A stretch of 63,891 nucleotides of DNA from Raillietiella orientalis (Eukaryota), in the NCBI GenBank assembly GCA_036172245.1, contig JAYWIR010000148.1:1-63891 (forward strand), given 5' to 3'. The position numbers and the translations under genes are program-made. The notes under the pieces are model-generated. The model ran no database searches. It was not told the origin of the DNA and worked only from the letters and a program-made list of their open reading frames with translations. Position 1 is the first letter of the stretch. Every line of letters starts with the position of its first letter. Of this stretch, positions 50,067 through 62,465 are shown piece by piece.

Positions 50067-50822
50067 TCTCTTCCACGCTAATATGCAAGGGTTTATTTCT
50101 CACAAACAAAAGAACAATGAATTTACTCGTGGCGAGCTCAAGGGCTCACCACTATGAGGCAGCTTGCTTGGTGCCTGTGCGGAACCGGCGAGGTATATCC
50201 GACGCGCAGGAGTTGGAAGGATGAAACAGAAGAAAGCACAAATGTTTTAGGGATGAAAGGGCAGGGAAGGAATCACTGTACGCGCGGAAGGTTCTCTGGT
50301 TCCTCTTGAGGGTCCTCAAGAGCTGCGTCCAAATCTGCGTCCTATCTGCGCTGCGACGCCGACTGTCCCTTTCAACGGAATTCGGCGCTGGGGCGAGCTA
50401 GTCGGACTATCTCCGGAGGAGATGAAGTGTCCCCCAGCGTCCTGGAACAGTGAATCCCTCTCCCTGTAATGGCAGGAGGTGGCGTTGCTTGTTGTACATT
50501 GGGGTTTATCCTTCAAAGTACGCCTGAATCCTACCACACGGGGGCTGTGGTTCCCCAGTGCAACCTGTGTGGGGAAAAAGTGACATTCCTTTACCTTTTG
50601 ATTGAGTGCAGTGCCCTTTGCCCTCATTGGGATCGTCTTTTGGCGATGTTGGACTTGCGTGGATGCGGCCCTGAGTTCGTTTTCAGGCGCCTCTTCTGTC
50701 GTGACGCCTTGTTCTCGATCCTAGAATGCAGCAATCCTCCGCTGCTTTCTAGGGATCGTGACGGCTTGCAACGCCACCAGAAGAAGACCTCAGATAACCG
50801 GCAACGCCTTACATTGGACAGT
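50067..50822 (-). mobile_element. Truncated X-like 3' end with an inverted 5' segment (about 50349-50822 on plus)
   Basis: Minus part: ORF2 end plus 3'UTR like 40791-41090; plus part AATPTVPFNGIRRWGEL...CNLCGEK...ALHWT. Confidence 0.82.
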
Positions 50823-53800
50823 GTGTAATCAGTTTTTTTTTGAGGGAGCCTTCTGTTGATTGATGAATATGCGCGCTACGGTTATTCTTCAGAAATATTG
50901 ACTTTTGTAAGAGATTTCTTCATGAGGAACCCATATCTCTGCGGAGGTGGTTCCTTACGTCTCCTGTTCCCACCAAGATTCGGTCACTTTACAATAGGCA
51001 TCCTTTGGGTGAAGACTATCGTAGACGCGTTGGCAAAGTAGTGATATCTTTCCCGAAAAAGGGTTGGATTTTTTATTATTCTATCACCACTAGAATTCTC
51101 AGAGAAGCCATTTTGAAAAATTGCTAATTGCACAAGAAAAATTAGATTGTGTTTCTTGCAAACGAATATTTTGAAGGCTGTGATTTTGTTTGTGTTTTCT
51201 TGGTAAAATGATGAAGTCTTCGTTTAATCGTCACATTGCACGACGAATAATGACTCTTTTATTCATCAGCACGGTACAAGCTGCAAGTAGATATGAATCT
51301 TAGCAGTATGTTTATTTTCAGTTTATTTCTTCATTTCAAGCCAAAAAACATTAAAGCCTGTTTTCGCTACTCATGACGAGGCTTTTTTTGGAGCTGACTA
51401 GCTTTCAGAAAATCCAAAAGACAAATGGAATCTTTTTCAAAGGTGCAATTCACACTGAATGGCGTTTTAAGTACGATGACCACTTTTCCACTCACTTCCT
51501 CGCTGAAAGATTGTGTTTAAGAAAAACGAATATTGAGATTGCAAAGTAATTGCGCATTTTCAATGTTGCTTACATTTCTGAAGGCTCATTGGATCATTTT
51601 TGTGGTAAAGTTGTCGAGACCCTCCCATAGGTGTGCGCATTTTGAACGAAAAGCACAAGGGTTTTGACCAGAAAACTAAAAATTTCGGGACACTAAGAAA
51701 AATAGCGCTGGGAAATTAAGAGTTCTTAGAAGGTTCGATTGGTTTTTGAGTTTTGATGTTGCATTTTGCAACTACGAGCTGACGTCGGAACCGAGCATAT
51801 TGCTTTCATGCCTTATCAATTTGCGGCAGATGCTTGCATCCCGGCTGGCGATTATGTCGTCAAGGAAGCAGAGGAAAAAGCGGAAGTTTAAATAATAAAA
51901 GCATGTCCAAATCAAAAGAACACACGGATGCGTTATTCATGCGAAAGGGAAGCCTAGATGGAATGCTTAATTAGGTAGTTGTCTTACTTGATATTAGGTT
52001 TAACTTGGCAATGACATGGTCCTCTTATGAAGTTAGCATAGACTGATACATTCAACGGAACTCCGAAAAAAGACTAAGAAAAACGATTTAATCTATCTGA
52101 ATGTTCACTGCCTCCTTACCGTCACCAACACTGAACAAGATTGCCTATGAGGTGTAGGCAATGTATTTGTAGTCCATGCTACCTTGCACGGATTCCATGG
52201 TTCCTCAGGAGATGGTGTCAGAAGAATGAATGAACACTTCCCTGTGGAATCCTCAAACTTGATGTCGTTAATAGTTTGTCGGAACATAAAAGCATTCTCT
52301 TCAGCGTTGTTTATTTTAAGGCAGAGAACTGCCATCACCATCAGCAGGCACTGAAACGTGAAATTTGTCAAAACGAAAATTTTCTACTATGTTGTGCATG
52401 GCGGGCAGAGGTCCGGATAGGAGGCTGGGAAAGTCAATCACTATTCTCGCCTCGATCTCAAATGCACATGGAAACTCTCGAAAAAACGGAGTTGCGCTCC
52501 GAAATAGCAGAAAGCCCAATGGACAACGTGATTGCTTCAATACTTCCCGTATTTTAAATTACGCGTGTTGTATCTTCACCGTTTTTAGCATTTTCACATA
52601 CAGTATGCAAGGATAAGTTTAATTTTTCAAGCCTCGAAGTTTTGTTGTTCCCTCGGAATAACCTTGACAGTAATACATGGAAAGCAAATATTCCCGTTGC
52701 TCCCATCTCCAGCTCTTGCATAAAGTCCGAGTGTGTTTTCGACGATGGTGATATAAGGTAAAACCTCGCACGCGGTCAACGTGTGCCTTACAGTAGCTCC
52801 CATTGATAAGAGGTGCAAAACTGCAGAATGAGGCGGCATTTTGCAATGCTTCTTTGCTTACAAATTCAGAAACACGAAAGTGCCATTCCCTCGCTAGCAT
52901 AGGGAGGACGAATTTTCGTAAATCGCGAAAGAGAGCGTTTCGAATGAGCGTAGGTCCTGGCGTGCCTTTTTCAGGTTGCGATATGTCGGTTTGCATTCGG
53001 TGTTTCGCGAACGTTCATCATCAAAACTTTTTACCCGCCCAACAGTTTGTTTGCATAATCATAAGACATTTCCTTCATAGGAACTTCATTAACAATTGTG
53101 AATTTGAAAGAATCTAACCCCATACGCACATTTGGAAGCATCATTATGCCGAAATTCCTTTGCACTTCCTCTTTAAAGCAAAAAGAAGAACGCACTCGAA
53201 TATTAGAAGAACTGAAGTTCCTTTCTTAGAATGTGGTGCGGAGTTGGTCAACTTATATTTGCTCGTGGGAGCACAACAGGCGAACCCCTTGCGTAAGTAC
53301 CGCAATATGGTTGTTGTCAAAACACAAACACATCATCTCCATGCATGCTCGCAAATTTCTCAGAATTTCTTTTCTTCAGGATCGAAGAGAAAACTCAAGA
53401 TTCCTCTTCATGAGCTGCGTACACCTCTCATGCTTGTAAGCGCTTATGCATGTGTGGTCCGCTGCATCATTTCTCCCTCATGTTCGCGGAGAGCAGCAGC
53501 CAATTCGAAGCTGCCGCGAAAGGTAAAATAACAAATTGGAGAACTCTTTTGGGAAAGAAAAGAAAGGTTTCACTGCTGAAATGGATGTTGCGAGCATCCT
53601 TCTGTGAGTTTTCTCCACTTTTCTTTATCTCAATTTCTTATGCTTACTTTATTGTGAACAGAGAGAGGCATGTCGGGGAAGCCGTAGACCACTACTCGTA
53701 ATATTAAGATATGAAAACTTTGATTCCGGAAATACTGCGTACTAATGAAAAGTGAGTTCGCAGCAGGGTGAGGAAAAATAGGTTCAAAGGTGAAAACAAG

Positions 53801-56800
53801 CCTAGGTGTGATAAATAGGAGCTTCATGATATGGTATGTCGCTTAGCTATTTGCCCAAAAAGTTGAGTTAAGGATTATTATTGCGATGCTTCCATACCAA
53901 GAAAGTAGGAAATAGGCAAAACCATGGTGTCATTCCCCCACTTGAGCAGACGGAGAAGTATAAAGATGATACTGCGTTCAAAAGTATACTTGGTTGCCTG
54001 GAGGATAAGTGCAGGGGAAGAACGAGCTTATAATTGCGTTTATACAATCAACTGGTTTGGTTGTTTACTTCCCAGCTGCTTTAGCTGATGTTGGATAAAA
54101 ATCGTTGAGAACAAAAATGGTAATAAGAAAGAAAATAAGATGAAAATTGTCTATGCCACATAGAGCGAAGAAGAACCACAAATAAACCTCTGAGAAAGAT
54201 ATTCGGAACTTGGTGAAATTCAACATTCTTGATAATGTAGCGAGTGATCCACCTGGATTCGGCGGTGTTGTCGACGGTAAGTGAAATGGTTTTCTCGTGT
54301 TTAACCGCAGAAAGGTTCTTCACCTTGTTCGCTCACTCGATCGTTTATGCAGAATCTCATTCAGCGCAGTGGAAAGCAATGTGGGAAAAGTCCCAAGCAT
54401 GAAATATCCATACCAATATACAATTTTTCTTTACGACTCCCCAAACAAAGGAGAATCTTTGACTGAATAAACACGCTATTTAAAAGCTTCAGAGCGCTTT
54501 TATCCGGTAAAACAGCCAGTAAACATCAACTCGCAGGGAAAATAGCTCTAAACATGAAAAACAGGTGTGGCTCTGGATTCCCATGGGAAATTTCTCCGTA
54601 TCTTGTCAAGCGTACCAAAGGTCCAAGCACAGATTGAAATTAGTTTTGTTTCATTCATAGTCAGAAGAGCGGAACAACAGATCTTTTTGATCGCTAGGGC
54701 TTGCACGTTTCTCTTTCTGCTTCCAAATCGCTAAACAAATGGAAAAAGGCTAATACAAGGGGAAGAAGATTTCATTTTAGTTTCCATAGAACGCATTCAG
54801 CCTTTCTTGAAAAAAGAATGATACACGGGGTTAATCGACATTTCCGGAATGCCGACTCTGAATTCTCTGTTTGCCGTTCTGATTTATGCAGCAATACTGG
54901 ATCTCAATCAAGGCGAAAGACGGGTGTATTCTCTTGTTGCACAATTGATCATTTGACTGATGTCTTTTGGAGCAAGGATGTGTTTTGAAAAAATTGGATA
55001 ATCGCCAATGTGAACCTGCAACGAATCGTCTCAGGAATTCTCGAAGCGTTAGAATGTTTTGCTCTGTTTACTGGTGCGCACTAGCTTCAATGTGCTTCAA
55101 GAAGAGAGCTTTGATGAAAAACGTGGACGGTGGGAGAAAATATACCAATGATACATGGAGCAACATGCGAGACAAACTTTCTGCCGTGGACATGGAAACC
55201 AAGCAGGAGGCTTTGATCTGTGTATCTCCTGACACCTATGAAAACAAGGCAAGTCGATCTCCCCCGTATACACGGCAGGTTTCTGGCTCAGGAGCAACAC
55301 GTGTAGGCCACGTGAGCAGGAAAGTTGCTAGAAGCAAGTCTTAACGTTTCTGAATACGAATAGAACAAACCAGGTGTGTGCGAGATTACCTGGGTAGGGT
55401 TCATAATTTATGATTCTTCGCAACTGCGCGAGATTCCTCCTATGCAAACATGGATGCAATGAAATGGAAATCACGGTCTCTAGATGAACATGCATCTTAG
55501 TCATGGGATTCTTCAAGAGGATTTATGTGTGCAAGAAACACATTCAATAATGCATGTGCATGCAAGAATGAGCTTAGGAATATTTGGATAAGGATACATG
55601 AAACAACAATGATGCTAATAAACCAAAATAGTTACGCAATGGTGTGAAGGTCGAGTATTGTCCTGGAGCACCGGGCAAGCGGTGCGCTTTCTTGCTCCTG
55701 CATTCAGATGATAAAGTTTTAGAGTTCGCTGCATGCTTGGAGGCTGCTGCAAGTATGGCTTCGTATGGATACCTTCAATCAAAATGTCTTGTTTATCAAG
55801 ATAGATGAAAATATAGCTTTTAGCAAAAGCTACGGCAGCGGGACATGGAGAGTACAGCGCTTAAACAGAAAAGAAATTTAGGAAGTACAGCAGCTTCATA
55901 ACAGACCCTCTATCCTCAATAGAGGTAAGAACGTAAATTAGAAAGATTAGAGAAATTACAAAAGCGTTTCCTTCTCAGGTTACACGGCTGCAGTTGTGCT
56001 ACAATCTATGTCCTCAGTTGAAGATATGTATGGAGAATCACGAAAAATCCAAGGTGGCTTTCCTAAACAAGGCATGAAAGTAACGGATTTGTGTGGTTTC
56101 ATCGAATCTGCCCAAGTTGCAAAAGCAGCATCCTGTAATTGGGATTGGGATTCAGATTTTTGCTCAGGCAGCTTGTGCTCTACTCACTACTAAAGTTCAG
56201 GTTATTCGGCTTGAAGGAAGGAAACTATCCACCTGGCAGGCTTAGGGCAACACCGAAGATGAGGAAACCGACGCAAGAAAGATGCAGTAGATCTGTGCAA
56301 ACTTTGAAAAGGATGAACTAAATGTGCTTATCTTATTCCAGCAGCTATCGCCTAGGCATCGGGAACAAAGCGCTTTCTCACTGTTCCTCCCGCTCTTTGG
56401 TGAGATAGAGCTTCTCTCACAGGTGTGTCACAGGAAGCTGGCATGCGCTCCTGCTCAATAGGAGTCCTCCTTTGGCGTAACTCGCGCCCAATGATTTCAC
56501 TCGCGCCAATAGTACCATGGGGATGCCCAGACTCCAGGGAATCAGGCTGCTTCTCGGAATCCACAGTTGTGTTCTTGTCCGCATTGCTGCCGCCCGCGGA
56601 CTTTCTTCTGCTATCACGAGAATGCGATGAGTGCTACTGCTTTACTAAACTGCGGTTTGTTGGGCGTCTCGGAGTTGCAGCACTTCAGAAGTGTTTTCCC
56701 TGTTCGTTACTTTTAGTAAAAACTCTTCAAAGAGCAGTAAGGAGCTGCGCTAATAATTATATCGACAAAATCTTGAGGAGAAATGGTTGCATGCATGAAT

Positions 56801-58700
56801 ATCTCAGAAAACTTTGTAAGATCGTCATCAAATTATTGCACTTTCCTAGACGCCGTTTTCGATCCGATGTTTTTCAGGTCCCGTGTCTTGGCAACACTGA
56901 ATTCAGTTCTTCAAATCCCCACCAGCAATACGGCATGGTCTTCGACGAATTCTTAACTGCGCGAAGTACATTTCTCTTGTACTCCGATAAAAGTATCTCT
57001 TGGTATTCTGTTCTCTGCAGCACATTCTTTGTGAGAGACTGTCTGTTTCCGGCTATACATCTTCCGGGATACAAGCATTATGAAACTTAGGAGCAAATTG
57101 CTGGTAGATTGCAACCTGCAAGAGCTTGAGCGGATTCATGCTATCATGCGCGATGTCCTGGAATGATGATGTGCTTGCTGTTGCCTTGTAGATCTCTGTG
57201 ATCAACCGTGCAATTTGTTAAAGAAAAACTATTCTTTTCAATGGAGTATGATACTTAGAAATTCCTGCGAAGATCGGACAATGAACGTTAATAATTAAAG
57301 GTGCAATACACTTTTAAAGATGCGACCACCTGCATACAGGATAACTCTCTTCCATGAAGCAACATTAGCAAACTCCTCAGCTGTAGAACGGGACCCAATA
57401 ACCTATCAATGGTTGACGACTTCTCAGCCATTCACCGACCCAGTCAACAACCCAGATCTGCGTATTCTCAAATAACACGTAAACAATAACATGTTAACAT
57501 GGTTAAACCATGTTAGCGTCCTCGTTTTAAACCCCTATCACAACATTACTTTTATTCCATAGTCCATCACAGTAACAAATAGACACTTGTCAATTCATAA
57601 CCCTTTACAGCTTATTGCTGAAAAAGTAAAGCCCTATTTGATAGATTTCGTTGTTGATTACATTCGGTAACCGCATTACGCTAGGAATCAACCATACGTC
57701 AGCAAACATTACTCAGCTTTGCACATGTTTCGCCATTTCGCGGTCGCAAATAAGAATTACAGAAATACAACTGTTTTTTCTTTTTCCATCCAAGGATAAC
57801 TTCAAACATGCCTTTGTCGAAAAATCTGCACCGAATGGATCCGAAAAGTATTTTCCTTATACAGCATTAACCGACTGAGTCATGAAGATTCATTTTGTGA
57901 ATATGAATTCTGCATGGACCCTACAGTGAGGAAAGTACATACTTTAGTCACTATTCCGCTCAACTTCTCACTGATTTATCAATGTTATTCCCTATCACTA
58001 TGAAATCATTTCATTACAAACATTCATCACCCCTAATACAATGAGCAACCCAAATGGAGAACATCTGCTTCCACCGTTCTAATGACTGCGCGTAAATTTT
58101 ACTTTCGGTAGATCAAAAATGCTATAGTGACACTATAGGAACGGAAAATTTAATAACGAATGGATCCATTATTACAATTGTTCTTCTCGAAGTACGTTGC
58201 GATCACTCCCATCTCATGGAAACTTATAGGATGGTGCATCCTCACATTGAACATTTGACATTCCATCTATTTTTCTGGAAAGTTTTTATTGTTGTCACTC
58301 AATCGCAACGCTAATATACTCTTCTGAAGTACATCAAGCAGTCTTAACTTCAAAAATAACTTGCGTTGCTTCGAGAATCTCGTTTGATAACAGAAATCCT
58401 TCTTCCAGTTGCTGCTAGCATGTGGTAGTCTTCTTCTTCAAATCCCAGTTATCGATGTTTCGTAATAGGCCTAAAAATTTCGCTTCAAAAGAAACAGCTG
58501 AAACATTTAATAGATCCACTAATGAAATTTAGAATTATCAGGAAATCCACATTCGGCAACAGAAGGCTGTGAGCTTATCCTCATCCGCGGAAACAACCCC
58601 CAGAAGTCAGAACGTCAGTCTAAGTAGCCGATTAGATGAATTACAGCACGCTGCGAGGCAAATGGGCAAGCACTTGAGCGAAAGAGGAAAACGTGAGAAA
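50823..58700. other. AT-rich island without these retrotransposons; no identifiable gene
   Basis: Abrupt drop in GC; only short ORFs without recognisable motifs. Confidence 0.6.
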
Positions 58701-58739
58701 GAATGTTGCGAATCCATCACGCTCCGACGTCGCGCTGCA

Positions 58740-59075
58740 GGGAAGGTCCAGGGACGATGGTGAGCAGGAGAGTGACTTCCCACACCTTCCATGCGACCCA
58801 GCTGATCAGTCGATTCCATGGAATAGGAAGAACAGCAACAGGAAGCACATCGTCCTGCTTGCGCTTCAAAAGATCGGGGTGCGTAAGTGGCCGTACCACT
58901 TTCCAAGGAATAATACCTGGATTCGAAAGTCACTGACACATCCGCGTGGACAATTCGAACGTCAGAAGACTGTGCAAAGACGACAAAAGACGAGACACGG
59001 CCTCTACGCTGCGTGACTTTCACCTGTTGCACCTGTAGGAGATCCATGTGATCACCACAAAAACGTCCAAAAGAT
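58740..59075 (+). mobile_element. Highly degraded C-like fragment (ORF1 end and APE start)
   Basis: ttccaaggaataatacctgg junction, NV..., EIHVIT. Confidence 0.7.
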
Positions 59076-59460
59076 TTCTCACCCGTTCAAGCCGGGTCGT
59101 TTATTTCATATAATATAAACAGTATCAATCACAATTATATAAAATGAACCAGTTGGAAACCTGGTTCCCATCCGAAGACTAAACAAGGATCAAGAGAAGA
59201 TTGCTAGCACGCAGGCCTAAATAACAGTCTTGCGAACGGGGTGTGGGGACGGGAAACACAAACAAACAAAAACAAAAGAAAAACAATTAATGGGGATGCC
59301 GGGACAAGAGTCTTTGGGATCGCCGTGGTGGGCACCGGGATAGAAGAAACGGCACCGGGAATACAGCAGAGCCAAAAAGGATGGGGTATGTGTGGGCTAC
59401 AGGACGCAGTGGTCAGCAGATTACGTTGTTCTCAAAACTGTGTAAACCAACAATGGATGC
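59076..59460 (-). mobile_element. Short 3'-end element with a distinct 3'UTR
   Basis: T-rich tract and AATAAACGACCCGGCTTGAACGGGTGA terminal hairpin; no clear ORF2 homology. Confidence 0.65.
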
Positions 59461-60288
59461 CAGCGCCAGGTCGAGCTCACTCAGGGTGTCGTCTGGGTCT
59501 CCCCTGTTACCGTCGTCGTGCAGCCCGTTGACATTTTAACGCGACGCGCGAATCCGATGGCCACTGGCAAGCCCAAGTATATATCGTGGGAAGATGGTGA
59601 TGAGGCGTCCGTCACCTGCTGGGGCGGGACACAAGGTGGAGGGGGAGAATCACGTGCTGAAGGCACCTTGTCTCCCTCCTCCATGGGTAGTGGCGCGTCG
59701 AGCGGATCTCCCGCACGTGAGGTCGCGCTTACCTGTTGGTCCTCCTCCATGAGGGCGCGCTGTTGATGATCGGTGGCAGCAGGGAGGACTTCACCACCCT
59801 GCTTTCCCTCCTCCATTTGGGTGGCCGACTCGACAGCTTCCGAGAGTGTGAGTTCCCCCTCCGGGATTCCGACGCCGGTGACGGCTTCTGTCTCCTCCTC
59901 CTTGCTGGTGGAGGGGAGGCGCCTCCTGGGCTTTTCGGACTTGCGTCTTGACTTCCTGGGGGGTGCCAACCCGAAGGAGGTTCAGCATCCTTTCTCCAGG
60001 TCTGACTCACCTGTAGGGGCCTTTTTTGCCGGAGTCGGCCTTCTCACGCCCTTGCTTCAGGGGTTCTCACGCTCGGCCAGCGTTGCCGCGAGCTTCTCCG
60101 CCGCCTTCGCCAACTCGGTGTCCTCGCAGTCGGTTCGAGCGTCGCGCGGTTCACCCCCTGTGTACACAGAGGTTTCGCCGTCGCGAACCTCGAGCGCATC
60201 GGAAATGGCGAGGGGAAGTTCGTCGAACCGGGTGGCAACCTCGGGAACGCTGACGCGCCCTAATGTTACCGCGCACTCGCGAAGGGAT
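59461..60288 (-). mobile_element. Family C fragment (ORF1 C-terminal half and APE start)
   Basis: Homologous to 16300-17125. Confidence 0.85.
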
Positions 60289-62465
60289 TTTCACCCGGGT
60301 GAGCCGGGGCTTTTATTATTAAGATTTTTCAAAATACACACAAAAAGAAATTTCATAATAAAGTCATGATTTGTTTTTTTTTGTTGTTGTTGTTCTTGTT
60401 CTTGTTTTTCAGTCGGGACATATGGACCGAATGTCTTCAGGCACTTGTCCTTACCGACTTGAAGGCCGATAAGGTCCTCTACACTGGCGAAGGGGCGGGG
60501 AAAACCAAAAATAAACAAAAAAAAGAAAACGCCTGGGGGGACAATGCTCTTCGGGAGGGAGAGGGAAGGGAAGGAATCACGGTACGCCGTGAGGAGGCCT
60601 CTGCATCCCATCACGAATGCGGATGAGTGTCTGTAAGTGTTTTCCAAGTCGGCGCCAACGGCAGGCCTTCTCCAAGGAGATAATTGCCCAGTGGATGGCA
60701 TTCCGACTGGCATGTCCTCTCCTTGACGCGGTCCACTTGTCCAGTATTCCGCGTATGCAACAGAGCACTGCTACACACCCGGAAGCTGGCAAGGCGTCCT
60801 ACATCAGAAGTCGAAAAATGTTCTTCGGGTCGCCCAGCGGTATGTTGAAGCTCGACAGGAGTCTGTCTTACATATCGCGAAGGGCAACCGAGTCAATGAT
60901 CTAGTGAGGAAAGGTTTCTCTTTCCCCACAGTCTGGACAATTAGCATCAACACTCCCCTGTGTCCAGTGAGACAAGCGCGCTCTGCTTAACAGTCCCCAA
61001 TGAAGCAGAAGCAACGCCGTCTCCTGCCACTGCAGGGGAAGGGTGCCGTTATCCCACGACTCCGGGGGCCACTTCACCTCCTCCAGAGGTACTTCGAGCA
61101 GCGCGCCCCAGCGTGAAAGTCCATTCGGCATGACACTCGGGGTACAAGCTTCCGCTAGTTTCCGAGACGTCCACGCCTTCAATAATTTTCTCCTGCCTCC
61201 GATGAGGCAGGACACTTCCCAAGATGCCCCCTGCTGGCTGTCCCGAACTTCCCTGAGGGAGGGCAGCACTAAGGCAAGGGGGAGAAAGGAGGCCCACAGA
61301 CGCTTCCGTGGGTTGCTGACGATTTGCTGCAGTGGCTGACCAGCGTACCTGCCTCTACGAAGGCAGGAGAAGTCCTCATCGCTGGAGCCGTTGATTATGG
61401 CCCATGCGGAAACGAAATCCTGGAGCCTGGTGGTCCAGTCCGCAGGGATGCAGGAAATCCACGGATTGTCTCTCAACAGGGCAATAAAGTCCCGCAGCTG
61501 AAAACCACAGTGGTTAAGGCTGCGGTCGTTGGCTACTTGGATTGAGGTCAATCCATGGCAGCCGGATGCCCTGTGAGCCAGGAGTCTCGAGGATGCACAC
61601 CAGGATGCGGTCCAGTACTTTGCAACAAGGGCGAGTTTACGGAATTAGAGCTGTCGCTACATGGGCTCCAGCGTCAGGAGACCAAGTCCACCGTCCCTGC
61701 GTGGAGCCCACAAGTCTTTAAGACGGACGCGGGGCCTCCGATTGCCCCAGGGGGCTTTTCTAATGAGACCCCTTGTCCTTTGATGACTTTATGGAGTTAT
61801 GGGGCATACAAAAAGTAGGATACAAAGGAGGAAGGCCGCAAAAGCGTTCCACATTGCGTTTCGTTCCTGCAAGTAACACTTGCCGTCCCGGAACGGGCCT
61901 ATCGCCAACTCCACCTCTTGGAGACGGGCGGACCAGGCTTCTGCTTCGCAGAACTCCCCCAACGGAACGCCCAGGTACTTCAAGTATTCGCCCGTGTGGA
62001 TCCCCAAACGGATCCGGTCCGACCCATTAGCCCTCGACGAGTCCGGAGAAATGATTGACGACTTCGCCCTGTTTTCATCGAAGCCTGTCCCACGGTTCAG
62101 CAACTCGAAGAAATCTTCGAGAGCCGATGCCGAAGTGGACCCAATAAGCAGAAGCAGAAGGTCGTCGGCATAGGCCGACACGGCAGGCGTGCCGAAACAT
62201 GAGCTCGGCAGAGTTGCCAAAGTCTCCCTGTATGCTCTCAGCACCAACTCAAAGTAGATGCTGCAGAGCAGGGGGTTCAGGCTGTCACCCTGCCGGATGC
62301 CGCGACGAACCGGCACGCCGCACACGTGCCGTTCGCTGAATCTGATGTTAATTAGCGCGGAGCGCCAGCAAGAGCGCAGGTACGCCAGGAAGACGGTCGG
62401 AAATCCCAAGCGTTCCAGGAGCTCCAGGAGGAGCTCCTGGTCGACTCAATCGAAAGCTTTAAGTC
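60289..62465 (-). mobile_element. Family Y element, 3' part from KAFD
   Basis: RGIRQGDSLNP, YADD, KYLG, CPDCGERETFPH, 3'UTR and terminal hairpin. Confidence 0.88.

Noticed and set aside
52105..52371. 88-aa ORF with a hydrophobic N-terminus (possible secreted peptide)
   Set aside because: Starts at a non-ATG codon, has no recognisable domain and no supporting gene structure.
54081..54323. SRWITRY resembling the hAT transposase TRWNS motif
   Set aside because: Only one short similarity; no other hAT motifs or TIRs were seen.
57487..57515. Palindrome TAACATGGTT-A-AACCATGTTA with an adjacent TAACATGTTA
   Set aside because: Isolated, short and AT-rich; no associated feature suggests a function.
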